Below are positions 8,948-19,700 of a DNA stretch of 64,000 bases, piece by piece. Every line of letters starts with the position of its first letter. Position 1 is the first letter of the stretch. Below the pieces are notes generated by a model. The model was not told the DNA's origin. It searched no databases and saw nothing but the letters and a program-made list of their open reading frames with translations. Source of the stretch: Spirochaetia bacterium (lineage in GTDB: Bacteria; Spirochaetota; Leptospiria; Turneriellales; JAOUFE01); the NCBI GenBank assembly GCA_029857955.1, contig JAOUFY010000006.1, forward strand, positions 1,390-65,389, read 5' to 3'. The position numbers and the translations under genes were made by a program.

Positions 8948-9658
8948 CTATTCAACAACAATACTGGCATCTTCAACAATAACGGAGTATTTATAACCTG
9001 AACCAAAATCTTTGTCTTTTGCAAGTTTGCCGGTAATGACTACAATGTCGCCGACTTTTGACTTACCTTTCGTAGTTACAGCAAGATCATTGCTTCCGTC
9101 TTTGCCGGTTCCGTCTTGCAGATGAATCCAGTTTTTATTCATTATGTCCGGTAAAAATTTTACAACCTTTCCTCGTACGACCACCGTTTTTCCATTTAAT
9201 ATGGCAATGTCTTTGTAGCAATCATTGACCGATTGTCGCCCTTTGCTTTTAATTTCCTCTTCGCTGCCGGCAAAATTTTTCAACTTTTGATTTTCGGCAT
9301 TTGCATTTTTATCAGTTACATCATCGGGTGTAACGGTGTCTATAAACAGGATCGAAGGAAAAGTTTTCTTTAAAGTTTTGCTGGTGAAATTGCGCATAAC
9401 ATAACCCTTTGCTGCGGTAATTTTATCGCCTTTCTTTACCGAAACTTCAAGACATGCCATCCAAAAATATTTACCATCATCGCCTTTCATCAATATGTAT
9501 GTGTAACCGCCAGAGTTCATTGTCTCGGCCACGGTTCCTTTGTAAAAAGCTGCCTGCTCGTCGGGCTCTGAGATAACGATTTTTTCTTTACACTGAAAAA
9601 CAGCGAAAGAAACCAGAAGCGTTATTATTAAAACTAAAATTCGTTTGGATTGTTTCAT
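8948..9658 (-). CDS. Exported protein or lipoprotein with two OB-fold-like domains, function unknown
   Basis: Signal peptide (LLVSFAVFQC). There are two beta-rich modules: GTVAETMNSGGYTYILM...KGDKITAAKGYVMRNFTSKTL and GKTVVVRGKVVKF...WIHLQDGTG...VGDIVVITGKL. Confidence 0.45.
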   Translation of the reverse strand: MKQSKRILVLIITLLVSFAVFQCKEKIVISEPDEQAAFYKGTVAETMNSGGYTYILMKGDDGKYFWMACLEVSVKKGDKITAAKGYVMRNFTSKTLKKTFPSILFIDTVTPDDVTDKNANAENQKLKNFAGSEEEIKSKGRQSVNDCYKDIAILNGKTVVVRGKVVKFLPDIMNKNWIHLQDGTGKDGSNDLAVTTKGKSKVGDIVVITGKLAKDKDFGSGYKYSVIVEDASIVVE

Positions 9659-9917
9659 AGAAGGTTTACCTTTCGAGATGGATTGGATTGATTTCTCTTC
9701 ATCTCTTTTTACTTTGAGGATGAATCGGCGACCTTACTCATTGTTAAAACAAAAAAATAGATTTTAAAAGCAGCGACCTCTACTGTAACATCCCTTTTGC
9801 CATTTTATCCTTCATTCCCTGCAGCATTGACCATGAAAATTGAGGACTTACTTTAGAATTTCCCCATTAGTGTTAAAAGTCATTGCCCGCTGAATTGTAT
9901 TTTTATTTTCTACCCAT

Positions 9918-10320
9918 GAGCAGGGGACGGCCGCGCGGCCCCACAGCCATTTATGGCATTTAGGGAGTGAGGAAAGTCGGACACCACGGAATCAGAAGGC
10001 CAGAGGAATCTGGATTTATGGAAAGTGTAGCAGAAAGTATACCGCCCTTGAGGTCTCACGATCTTTCGGGTAAGGGTGAAAAGGCGGGGTAAGAGCCCAC
10101 CGCATGGTTTGAGAAAACGATGGCAAGACAAACCCCCTTCGGTGCAATTTCAAGCAGCTCCCGGATGATTCCCCATGCAAATTGCCGCGAAAGCGATAAT
10201 TGCAAGGGAGCGGGTAGAAAGCAAAGCAGGCGATCGTATAATATCGCTTCAAGATAAATGGTCGTCGCCCCCGCATCACGAAAGTGATGCGGGGGAACAG
10301 AATCCGGCTTACACCTGCTC
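9918..10320 (+). ncRNA. rnpB: RNase P RNA, bacterial type A
   Basis: Universal signatures on the + strand: GAGGAAAGUC (9969..9978), GGGUAAGGGUGAAAAGGCGGGGUAAGAGCCCACCG (10068..10102) and ACAGAAUCCGGCUUA (10297..10311). P1 pairs GAGCAGG (9918..9924) with CCUGCUC (10314..10320). A T6 run follows. Confidence 0.92.
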
Positions 10321-10346
10321 TTTTTTAAAGAAAACGTTATTTGTTT

Positions 10347-11273
10347 TTATGCTGCCCGATTGCAGCTATTTGTATTTTTAATCGGGTGTTCATTTAATGA
10401 AAAATTAAAAAACAACTGATCGCCTAATAACATTTTTAATTTCAATTGACCGCGTTTTATTTTTCGGTGAACGCTGGTGATGTTGGTTTGAAAAACTTCA
10501 GCAATTAAGCGAAGAGGAACAAGGTTTTTAACTTCTGCAAAATATGTTAAAAGTCTCTCACGTCGATCCATGATTTTTTGATTTGCCTCATCTCTCATGA
10601 AAATACTCGTAAGATATAACTTTTGAGATATTACTTCCCTTTGAGCCCTCTCTGTATTTAATTTGTGTTTTAAATAATCATGGTATTTACGGTAGTTTTG
10701 AAAAACACTTTTTAAACTAAAGCGCCTGATGAAATATCTAAAGTCTTTATTTGAAAGAGGAAAGCCATAGTACAATTTTATGGCAATTTGTTCGTCTTCT
10801 TTTAAATCACTCAGGCATATTTTTGTAAAATCCCGAATGTTAAAATGACTTTCTTCGTTAATATCTGTCTGATAGTCTTTTCTTTCTTCAAATACCGACT
10901 CAATAAAAGCGTCAGGATTTAAATCGTAAAATTCGTGAAGATTTTCATACCTTTTTAATTTTGAATATTTAATTTTATAGTTAAAAAGTCTTCGCTTGAT
11001 TTTTGATGTAAAGTAAACAAGAAAAGAAATTAAATACGATGGCTCATACTCCTCTAGCCATTTTCTCGTATTCTCAATATTTTCTACAAAAAAATCTGAA
11101 GCCGTATCAAACTCTATCTGGTATTGACCTGTTACATAAAAATATATATATTTATTTAACTCTTCTATAACAAACATCCTCGATTTAGAATTTTCGGCGG
11201 CATTCCAGTATAATTCAAAAAGTTCTTGAAATTCTGTCTCATTAAAATTAAATGACTCATTCATATAAGCCAT
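10347..11273 (-). CDS. Divergent sigma-70-family-like protein (region-4-like HTH segments), function unknown
   Basis: LSDLKEDEQIAIKLYYGFPLS resembles sigma region 4.1. The C-terminal LRLIAEVFQTNITSVHRKIKRGQLKLK resembles a region 4.2 HTH. I recognise no clear region 2.4/-10 motif. Confidence 0.35.
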   Translation of the reverse strand: MAYMNESFNFNETEFQELFELYWNAAENSKSRMFVIEELNKYIYFYVTGQYQIEFDTASDFFVENIENTRKWLEEYEPSYLISFLVYFTSKIKRRLFNYKIKYSKLKRYENLHEFYDLNPDAFIESVFEERKDYQTDINEESHFNIRDFTKICLSDLKEDEQIAIKLYYGFPLSNKDFRYFIRRFSLKSVFQNYRKYHDYLKHKLNTERAQREVISQKLYLTSIFMRDEANQKIMDRRERLLTYFAEVKNLVPLRLIAEVFQTNITSVHRKIKRGQLKLKMLLGDQLFFNFSLNEHPIKNTNSCNRAA

Positions 11274-11383
11274 AACGATCCCCCTTAGACCGGAAAAAAA
11301 ACTAAAATATGTCTAAGTACAGAATATATTCATCCCACATTTTTTCAAGAATTTTTTTAAATAATTTGACATGAGGTGAGAAA

Positions 11384-12232
11384 ATGAGATTTGCAAAACT
11401 AGAAGGACTTGGTAACGACTATCTTTTTACAGAAGACATCCCCAAAAACCCTGCCCGCGCAGCAAGACTACTATGCGACAGGCATTACGGCGTAGGCGCC
11501 GATGGCCTCGTATTGATCATGCCTCCCGATAATCCTGAGGCCGATGTAATGATACGTATATTTAACCCGGACGGTTCCGAAGCAGAAATGTGCGGTAATG
11601 CGCTTCGATGTCTCGGTAAATACCTCTATGATCGAGGTAAAACCACAAAGCAAGAACTCATAGTAGAAACCCTTAAAGGTTTGGTGCCGACAGTGCTTAT
11701 GGTGCGAGACGGAAGGGTGTATCGTGTAAAAGCCGACATGGGAGAACCAATCCTGCAAAGAGCTAAAATTCCTATGCAGTGCGCAGCCGGTGAAGAAGAA
11801 AACCAGGTCATGAATGAAAAAATATACCTTGATAACATGCAGACATTTGAATTTACAGCAGTTTCCATGGGTAACCCGCATTGCATCATCTGGGTAGACA
11901 ATGTAGATAATTTTGACGTAAGCAAGTTTGGCCCCATCATCGAAACTTATTCATTGTTTCCAAATCGAATTAACGTTGAGTTTATAGAAATGCTCGACGA
12001 AGACGTAATTAAACAACGAACATGGGAAAGAGGCGTAGGCGAAACCCTTGCCTGCGGTACAGGCGCATCAGCTGCTGTTGTTGCCGGAGTACTTTCTGGT
12101 AAAATCAAAAGAAAAAGCAAGGTTGAATTAAAAGGCGGCGTATTGGAAATATACTGGTCTGAAAAAGATAACCATGTCTATATGACCGGGCCATGTAAAG
12201 ACGTTTTTGAAGGCGAAACCCAGATCATTTAA
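11384..12232 (+). CDS. dapF: Diaminopimelate epimerase
   Basis: KLEGLGNDYLF, FNPDGSEAEMCGNALRC and GETLACGTGASAA carry the two catalytic Cys motifs. SD GAGGTGAG lies upstream. Confidence 0.92.
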   Translation: MRFAKLEGLGNDYLFTEDIPKNPARAARLLCDRHYGVGADGLVLIMPPDNPEADVMIRIFNPDGSEAEMCGNALRCLGKYLYDRGKTTKQELIVETLKGLVPTVLMVRDGRVYRVKADMGEPILQRAKIPMQCAAGEEENQVMNEKIYLDNMQTFEFTAVSMGNPHCIIWVDNVDNFDVSKFGPIIETYSLFPNRINVEFIEMLDEDVIKQRTWERGVGETLACGTGASAAVVAGVLSGKIKRKSKVELKGGVLEIYWSEKDNHVYMTGPCKDVFEGETQII

Positions 12233-12266
12233 CGTTTAACAAATTTAACTTAAATAGCGGTTTGAC

Positions 12267-13133
12267 TTGTATTTTCAGGATATCATAAAAAAGCTCAACG
12301 AGTATTGGGCATCACATGGGTGTTTGATCGTTCAGGGCGTTGACACCGAAGTCGGCGCCGGAACGTTTAACCCGCACACGTTTTTAAGGGTGCTTGGGCC
12401 AGAACCCTATAAATGCGCCTACGTTGAACCATCCCGAAGACCAACCGATGGTCGCTATGGCGAAAACCCCAATCGTTTACAACACTACTATCAATATCAG
12501 GTGATTTTAAAACCTTCTCCTGAAAATTCACAACAATATTACTTAAAATCGCTGGAATATCTGGGAATCGATTTAAAAAAACACGACGTTCGCTTTGTTC
12601 AGGACGACTGGGAATCCCCCACTCTTGGCGCAAGCGGACTGGGATGGGAAGTCTGGCTCGACGGCATGGAAGTGACCCAGTTTACCTATTTTCAAAACTG
12701 CGGTTCTATTGAACTAAACCCCGTTTCTGTAGAGTTTACATACGGCCTTGAGAGGCTTGCCATGTACATTCAAAACGTCGACAACGTTTACAACATACAG
12801 TGGAATGAAAATTTCACATACGGGCAAATTCATAAGCAAACAGAATTTGAAAATTCTACTTACAATTTTGAAGTGGCCTCCGTTGAATTACTGCTAAAAT
12901 GGTTTGAAGATTATCATAAAGAAGCCCATAATATCTTTAATTTTGAAAAAACAAAACTGGTCTATCCGGCGTATGACTACATGATGAAGTGCAGCCATAC
13001 CTTTAACCTTCTCGACGCACGCGGCGCAATTTCAGTCTCTGAAAGGGTAAAGTACATTGCGCGAATTCGTCATCTGGCTCAAATGATCGCCAAAAGATAC
13101 GTCGAACTAAAAACCGACCCAAAAGGGGCTTAA
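12267..13133 (+). CDS. glyQ: Glycine--tRNA ligase alpha subunit
   Basis: [45 protein letters not shown] and the typical ~290 aa length. The start is TTG. No glyS follows in this window. Confidence 0.9.
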   Translation: MYFQDIIKKLNEYWASHGCLIVQGVDTEVGAGTFNPHTFLRVLGPEPYKCAYVEPSRRPTDGRYGENPNRLQHYYQYQVILKPSPENSQQYYLKSLEYLGIDLKKHDVRFVQDDWESPTLGASGLGWEVWLDGMEVTQFTYFQNCGSIELNPVSVEFTYGLERLAMYIQNVDNVYNIQWNENFTYGQIHKQTEFENSTYNFEVASVELLLKWFEDYHKEAHNIFNFEKTKLVYPAYDYMMKCSHTFNLLDARGAISVSERVKYIARIRHLAQMIAKRYVELKTDPKGA

Positions 13134-13178
13134 CGAGCGGCCCCTGATGCAGGTGCATGGTAACCTACCCCCCATGAT

Positions 13179-14432
13179 TTAAAGTGTAATGCAGCCAGAA
13201 ATATCAGTGGATATACTGGCACCAGCAGTAACGGTCACTGTTGTACATTTATTACTTACTTTTTCAGGGTAACCGTCCTTTCCTAGTGCTAAGCCTGCTG
13301 CTGTTAGGAGATTTCTATCTGCGGTTTTATAAATATCATAATTTCCTGGCGGCAGGTTTGAAATTGTACCTGCGGCGTTTAACGTTGTAAGCCCACTTCG
13401 ACTGGTTGCAGCATAGGGCAGGTCTGCTCCTGTAAACGTTGAACCTGAGGGCACAACAGCATAGTACGATTTACAGGCTGGCAGCGCTTCTGTGTCTGTA
13501 ATAGCGATTGACCCAACGTTGGCCGGGTCATAGATTCTTGCTGTAAAAATAACGTTTCCGCCCATCTGGTATGCCAAATTTAAATCAGCGCTATTGTGAT
13601 TTACACTCCAGTCAGAAGGCCCTATAAAGGTGGTTGGTCCGGCGGTTGAATTGCCGCCTAAATGCGCAATCACATGTTTCATTAACAGGTTTTTTAAAAA
13701 AATACGAACTTCCAATACATAGGGGTCTCTGCCCGAAGGTATTTTTAAAGATAAATCTGTACGCTCAAGAGGAAACATCAGCGGCTTAAGTTTAGAGGTA
13801 TCTGATGCCGCATACTGGATAATGCTATCCATTAAATTAATACCATTGATAAAGCGGTTGTCAAACGTGGCCGTCTGGTTAACGGGGGTATTGCTGGCGG
13901 TGTCACTGTAACTAATAGAAGGTCCAACAATAAATTTTCTAAAAAATATGGCTAAATGATTGTATGTATTTTCAGGTACATCAAAGGCCGGGTATGTAAA
14001 GCCCGATGAAAATAATTCGGCATAGTTTTTATCGCCGTGATCATTGTAGCACGATAACAACTTATAGTTTAGATTACCGTTTGCATAGTTATCGCTGCAA
14101 AAAACTTCCCTGTTTGGAGTAAAATAAATCCAGTATTTATCCGGAGTTACATTGTCAGGTTTACCTGTTTTCCCCGTTCCCAGGCGAATTTCTGATATAT
14201 CAATGTACATCGAAACACTGCTTTGAGCATCAGCCGTATTGATTGCTCCGGTATAAGCAGCCAGGGTATCATCCATAAAAACATTTGGTTCCCAGCCGTA
14301 AGGCGTATTGCTTTCATAGGTACCTTTAAGAATCACGTGGATTCTGTTATTAACCAAATCTGAAAGAATTGGAAATTTTGCGCAGGTGAAAAAAATTAAA
14401 AACAGGGGTAATATAAATATTGCTTTTTTCAT
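13179..14432 (-). CDS. Lipoprotein of unknown function
   Basis: Signal peptide with lipobox (LFLIFFTC). It lies 34 nt downstream of, and on the same strand as, the small OMP gene at 14467..15051. I recognise no catalytic motif. Confidence 0.55.
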   Translation of the reverse strand: MKKAIFILPLFLIFFTCAKFPILSDLVNNRIHVILKGTYESNTPYGWEPNVFMDDTLAAYTGAINTADAQSSVSMYIDISEIRLGTGKTGKPDNVTPDKYWIYFTPNREVFCSDNYANGNLNYKLLSCYNDHGDKNYAELFSSGFTYPAFDVPENTYNHLAIFFRKFIVGPSISYSDTASNTPVNQTATFDNRFINGINLMDSIIQYAASDTSKLKPLMFPLERTDLSLKIPSGRDPYVLEVRIFLKNLLMKHVIAHLGGNSTAGPTTFIGPSDWSVNHNSADLNLAYQMGGNVIFTARIYDPANVGSIAITDTEALPACKSYYAVVPSGSTFTGADLPYAATSRSGLTTLNAAGTISNLPPGNYDIYKTADRNLLTAAGLALGKDGYPEKVSNKCTTVTVTAGASISTDISGCITL

Positions 14433-14466
14433 AAATTCTCTTTTTTAAAAATTACGTCAATCACCT

Positions 14467-15051
14467 TTATGGATTTGTATTAAAATTTACCATAATAGCA
14501 ATGTTGAAAAAATGTCCATTGATCATTTTATAACCTGCCTGCGGTTTCATCCAGGTTTCATAAATCATGTAGTAGTCAAAACGAGCCCCAATATTTACAA
14601 CTTTACCGGCTGGAAATGCCGTTTCAAATCCTCCGTAAAACACGGGTAAAAATCCGCCATTACCTTCGGGTTTATTGGCAAAGTACCCTGAACCAGCGCC
14701 CCCTTTAAAATAAAAAGACAGGGCAAAATCAACGGGTAATTTATACACTAGAGCTACATAACCAGGAACCATGGTCAACTGGCCGGTAAAATTTGATTGT
14801 AAGTTATAGTAAGACGCTCCCGTTTCAACAAGAAAACTGTCAGAGGGTACGTTTAAACGAAAAAAAGCCCCGCCGCCAAGGGCAGTGTTTAATATGGGCG
14901 CAAGTTCCGTACCCGGAAATGGCGCTATCACTCCAAACCATGCTCCAATGATTGGATGAAGCTGATAATCTTTTTCTTCGTATTGAGCCCACAATGGGGA
15001 AATAAAGGACAGGACAAGTACAGAAATTAATGAAAATTTTTTCATGAGCAT
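14467..15051 (-). CDS. Small outer-membrane beta-barrel protein (OmpA/OmpW-like 8-strand class)
   Basis: Signal peptide ending ...PLWAQ. It has alternating hydrophobic, Gly and aromatic-rich strands (GGGAFFRL, GASYYNL, YFKGGAGSGYF, GARFDYYMIY, FFNIAIMVNF) and is ~170 aa when mature. Confidence 0.6.
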   Translation of the reverse strand: MLMKKFSLISVLVLSFISPLWAQYEEKDYQLHPIIGAWFGVIAPFPGTELAPILNTALGGGAFFRLNVPSDSFLVETGASYYNLQSNFTGQLTMVPGYVALVYKLPVDFALSFYFKGGAGSGYFANKPEGNGGFLPVFYGGFETAFPAGKVVNIGARFDYYMIYETWMKPQAGYKMINGHFFNIAIMVNFNTNP

Positions 15052-15119
15052 TTACCAATCGTTGTATTCTTTTCTCAACGTCAAACTAAATAACTCGGAA
15101 ATGAATCTACTCAAGAAAT

Positions 15120-16130
15120 TCACCACACGTCGATGCTTTCTTTAAAATGAGCGACAGGCGGAATTTTTTTAGTTTTCACAAGATCTTCATAGCAACAAAC
15201 CTGATTTCGGCCATGATCTTTGGCATAGTATAGCGCGGCATCAGCCTTTTTCAAGGCATAATATGTATCCAACGGATATTCAAGCTTTGTAAAACCGCCG
15301 CTTAAAGTAAGTTTATGCACTTGAGGAAACACTGTATTTTCTATTGTTGATCGAAGCCGTTCGCAGGCAATGACTGCATTTTCAAACGAAAGATCAAATA
15401 AAACAAATACAAACTCCTCGCCGCCGGTTCTAAAAGCAATGTCGACGGTTCTTATTTTTTCTCGAATGACCCTGGAAAACAAAATCAATACTTCATCGCC
15501 AATCATATGCCCAAAATTATCATTAACTGCTTTAAAAAAATCAATGTCGATGATGACTAAATAATCGCTTTTTCTCTCATGTATGGTATGAGGATGAATT
15601 TCCAGAGTACTCATTACACGATTAAATGCCCTTCGGTTATACATTCCTGTCAGAAAATCTCTTTCATTTGATCGAATAACCTTATAATAATTTATAAATA
15701 TGTCGAGAAAGCTTAATAAGTATGGCGGAGCTTCAAAACCGGGAAATGTTATCTTTAGTAAAAACTGAATCTCTTTCTCATATCCCAAAGGAAGCGCATA
15801 CATGACTTTGTTTTTATCAGGTAAATCTTGTTTAATGACTTTATTCTCATGAAAGCACTTATTTAAGAACTGATCGCCCGAAAGTGGTTTTGGATTTGGT
15901 TTTTCGTCAAAATAATCACTAATCAAGATTAAAACTCTTTTATTTAATTCGATGTTGTCTTTTTTATGAGTGTTTTTTCTTCTAACATGTATTTTGTTAT
16001 AAGTCAGTTCGATACCTGGAAATATTTTACCAAGTGCGGTGTGCGTTTCACTGAAAAGATCTCTTTCGTTGTCAACTCTGGTTAAAAATACCAGAGTTGA
16101 CCATAGTTGTGATTCCATACTTAAGCTCAT
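15120..16130 (-). CDS. Diguanylate cyclase (GGDEF) with an uncharacterised N-terminal domain
   Basis: LTGMYNRRAF, DIDFFKAVNDNFGH and RTVDIAFRTGGEEFVFVL. GGEEF is the active site, and an RxxD I-site lies 5 residues upstream. Confidence 0.85.
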   Translation of the reverse strand: MSLSMESQLWSTLVFLTRVDNERDLFSETHTALGKIFPGIELTYNKIHVRRKNTHKKDNIELNKRVLILISDYFDEKPNPKPLSGDQFLNKCFHENKVIKQDLPDKNKVMYALPLGYEKEIQFLLKITFPGFEAPPYLLSFLDIFINYYKVIRSNERDFLTGMYNRRAFNRVMSTLEIHPHTIHERKSDYLVIIDIDFFKAVNDNFGHMIGDEVLILFSRVIREKIRTVDIAFRTGGEEFVFVLFDLSFENAVIACERLRSTIENTVFPQVHKLTLSGGFTKLEYPLDTYYALKKADAALYYAKDHGRNQVCCYEDLVKTKKIPPVAHFKESIDVW

Positions 16131-16193
16131 GAGATACTTGATTTTCGGAGATTCTGCTGCCCTAGTAAAGATTCTTTAATTTTTCTTTACTAT

Positions 16194-16598
16194 TTGATCA
16201 ATTTACTTTTATTTAACATCGTGAGCAATAATTTATACAAAGGCTACGAAACCCAATACACGAGGTTAATTACACGTGAAGATATAATCAAGTTTGCAGA
16301 AATCAGTCATGACAGAGGCCAGCACCATGTAGATCTGAAAAAAAAACTATTGGCACATGGCCTTCTTGTTGCGACCCTGCCTACAAAACTAGGCGGCGAT
16401 TTAAATTTTATTGCAAGCGCAATTGAATTTAACTTTATTAAGGGTGTTTATGAAGGTGAAACCATAACATGTTTAGCAAAAGTTGAAAACCTGCTCGAGC
16501 AAGAAAAAAGGTTTAAAACTAAATTTTCTTTTTATTGTGTCAATGAATCCGGCGAAATGGTCATGGAAGGAACTACAAAAGGAATGATCTGGAAATAA
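16194..16598 (+). CDS. Hot-dog fold protein (MaoC dehydratase-like)
   Basis: The size (134 aa) and FAEISHDRGQHHVD resemble the MaoC F-x-x-x-S-G-D-x-N-P-x-H-x-D segment. The start is TTG. Confidence 0.45.
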   Translation: MINLLLFNIVSNNLYKGYETQYTRLITREDIIKFAEISHDRGQHHVDLKKKLLAHGLLVATLPTKLGGDLNFIASAIEFNFIKGVYEGETITCLAKVENLLEQEKRFKTKFSFYCVNESGEMVMEGTTKGMIWK

Positions 16599-16743
16599 AA
16601 GTTATCTAAAGACGCAAATTTGTATATCGATACATTTAGATACATCGATTTAAAGTACTTGACGTCATCCCTGAAAATTAAAATAATGATCAAAACTATA
16701 CAAATAAAATTTAAAATTACGTATTTATGCAAGGTGAAAACAA

Positions 16744-19700
16744 ATGAATAAAACCAATAACAATCCATTTTTTCAGTTAATGAAAAAAAGAACCATTGTC
16801 TTTGACGGGGCTATGGGCACCATGATCCAGAAATGTAATTTACATGCTCACGATTTTGGCGGCGAAGCTCTTGAAGGAGCAAATGACCACCTTGTGATCA
16901 CCCGCCCCGATGTAATTGAAGGAATTTACAAAGAATACCTTGAAGCCGGAGCAGACGTAATTGAAACCAACAGCTTTGGTTCAAACCGTTTAAAACTTGA
17001 AGAATACAATTTAACCACAGTCCGAGAACATAACATAGCAGCGGCTAAAACCGCCCGTAAAATGACAGACTTGTTTTCAACCACTGAAAGCCCACGTTTT
17101 GTTTTTGGTTCTATGGGCCCGACAGGGATGTTACCATCTTCTACAGATGAGGCGTTATCTGCCATTACTTTTGACCAGTTGTATGAAATTTTCAATGAAC
17201 AATCATTTCACTTGATTGAAGGAGGCGTGCACGGCTTATTGATTGAAACCTCACAGGATATTCTCGAAGTAAAGGCTGCCGTTGTAGCTTGTCACGATGC
17301 ACGCTTGCGAGCTGTCAAAGAAGGTATCATTTCGTCTGTAGATGATATTGTCATTCAAGCCCAGGTAACGCTTGACCCGACGGGTCGAATGCTTCTAGGA
17401 ACAGACATTAAAGCCGCTCTTGCAATTCTTGAACCACTGCCGGTTGATGTTATTGGTTTAAATTGCTCCACCGGACCAAATGAGATGAGAGAATCTGTTC
17501 GCTATTTACTGGAAAATTCATCGAAGTATATTTCTGCAATACCCAATGCGGGTATGCCGATTAACGAACACGGTCATGCTGTTTATAAAATGGATCCTGA
17601 TTTTTTTGCAAAAGAAGTATTTTCATTTATCAGCGAATTTGGTCTTCATGTAACCGGCGGTTGTTGCGGCACCACGCCTGCGCACATTAAAGCATTAAAA
17701 GATACGATTCTGGCACATCCAGAGGTAAAGCCGCGAGAAGTTGCTACAAAACGTTTACCCATGGCTGCATCTGCCATGACAGCCGCTTCACTTGTACAAA
17801 TACCTGCGCCAACATTAATTGGTGAACGTTTAAATTCTCAGGGTTCTCGAAAAATGAAAGATCTTCTCATTGCTGACGATCTTAATGCCATGCTCGGCAT
17901 AGCCCGGACACAGGAAGAAGGAGGCGCCCATGTTTTAGATATTTGTCTTGCCTCAAATGAACGAACCGATGAAGCGGAAACCATGCAAAAACTGGTAAAG
18001 TTACTAAGTAATTCTGTTGCAAGTCCGCTTATGATTGATTCAACTGAAGCAAACGTAATTGAAACTGCGTTGAAATCTTTACCGGGCCGGCCTATTGTTA
18101 ACTCTGTAAATCTTGAGGGCGACGGTAAAACAAGAATACACAGCATCATGCCTCTTGTAAAAAAATTCGGAACAGCTGTGGTTGCCCTTACCATCGACGA
18201 AAAAGGGATGGCCGATACAGTTGAATGGAAACTCGACGTTGCAAAAAGAATTCACAACATCATTGTCAACGAATATGGTCTTTTGCCGCAGGATATTTTA
18301 TTTGACTGCCTTACATTTACACTGGCAACCGGCGAAGAAAAATACAATAAATCTGCAATCGAGACGTTAAACGCCATTAAAAAAGTCAAAGAAGAACTGC
18401 CCGGCGTATTGACTACCCTGGGGCTTTCAAACGTATCGTTTGGTTTTTCGCCTCATGCAAGAAAAATTTTAAATTCTGTATTCTTATACCATGCGGTACA
18501 GTACGGATTAGACACCGCCATATTAAATCCAAACGAGATTGTACCATTTTCTCAATTAACCAAAGAAGATGTAAAAATTTGTGAAGATCTGTTGTTTTAT
18601 AAACATCCATCGGCTTCTTCTGATTTTATCAATTATTTTGAAAATAAAAAACCGGTAAAAGGTACTAGCAAAGAGGATACAAAATCTTTATTAAAGAAAA
18701 TGGAGCCGAAAGAAAGAGTTCATTTTCAAATCGTAAACAGAATTTCCGATAATATTGAAGAAAGTCTCGCTGAAATATTAAAAAAAACGAACGCTGTAGA
18801 TACCATCAACAACATTCTTTTACCGGCAATGAAAGATGTTGGCGAGAAATTCGGCGCAGGAGAATTGATATTACCATTTGTTTTACAGTCGGCTGAAGTG
18901 ATGAAAAAAGCCGTAGCTTATGTTGAACAATTTCTTGATAAGGCTGATTCAACCAGTAAGGGCGTTGTGGTTCTGGCAACTGTCTATGGAGACGTTCACG
19001 ATATTGGAAAAAACCTTGTAAAAACTATTTTATCAAACAACGGCTATACCGTGATCGATCTTGGAAAACAGGTTCCTGTCGCTAAAATCATTGAAGCGGC
19101 TGTTGAAAATAAAGCCATGGCGGTCGGACTTTCAGCGCTCCTTGTTTCCACTTCAAAACAAATGACCATTTGTGTAGAAGAAATGTCCAGAGCAAAACTA
19201 AATTTCCCTGTCATCGTCGGAGGCGCGGCAATCAACAGAAAATATTCCTACCAGATTTCGTTTCCTCAAGATGCCTATTATGAACCTGGCGTATTTTACG
19301 CAAAAGACGCCTTTGAAGGTTTAACCATCTTAAACACTTTAATTACAAAAGAAAGAAATGCCTTTGCTGCATCAGTTAAAAACGAAGCTATTGAGCATCA
19401 TAAGGCTGCAGACATAAAAGCACATTCAAATACCGTTATTTCATCTGGCAGTAAAAAAAATCACCTTAACGATGCGATCATTCCAAAGGCTCCCTTTTAT
19501 GGCAGAAAAATTCTCACAGATATTTCATTTAAAGAAGTTTTTGACTTAATCGATCAACAATACCTGTTTCGTTTTAAATGGGGAATTCGTTCCAAGGGCG
19601 ATGAGTTTTATAAACAAATTAAAGAAATTTACAAACCAAAGTTATATGAGCTTGCCGAAGAAGCCGAAAAAAATAAATGGATCGATCTTAAACTGGTCTA

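Noticed and set aside
9910-10381. Three track ORFs: 9910..10131 (-), 10016..10279 (-) and 10175..10381 (+).
   Set aside because: They lie on top of the RNase P RNA, whose conserved helices explain the sequence. They have no start context or protein-like composition.
12267-13133. glyQ is not followed by glyS.
   Set aside because: Separation of the two GlyRS subunit genes occurs in various bacteria, and glyS may simply lie elsewhere in the genome. Nothing in the sequence suggests anything unusual about glyQ itself.
16599-16743. I looked for a SAM or cobalamin riboswitch in the 145-nt leader of metH.
   Set aside because: The leader is very AT-rich. It has no B12 box (GCCACUG-like), no SAM-I/II core elements and no stable multi-stem structure that I could find. 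Only a possible TTGACG (16659..16664) promoter element is present.
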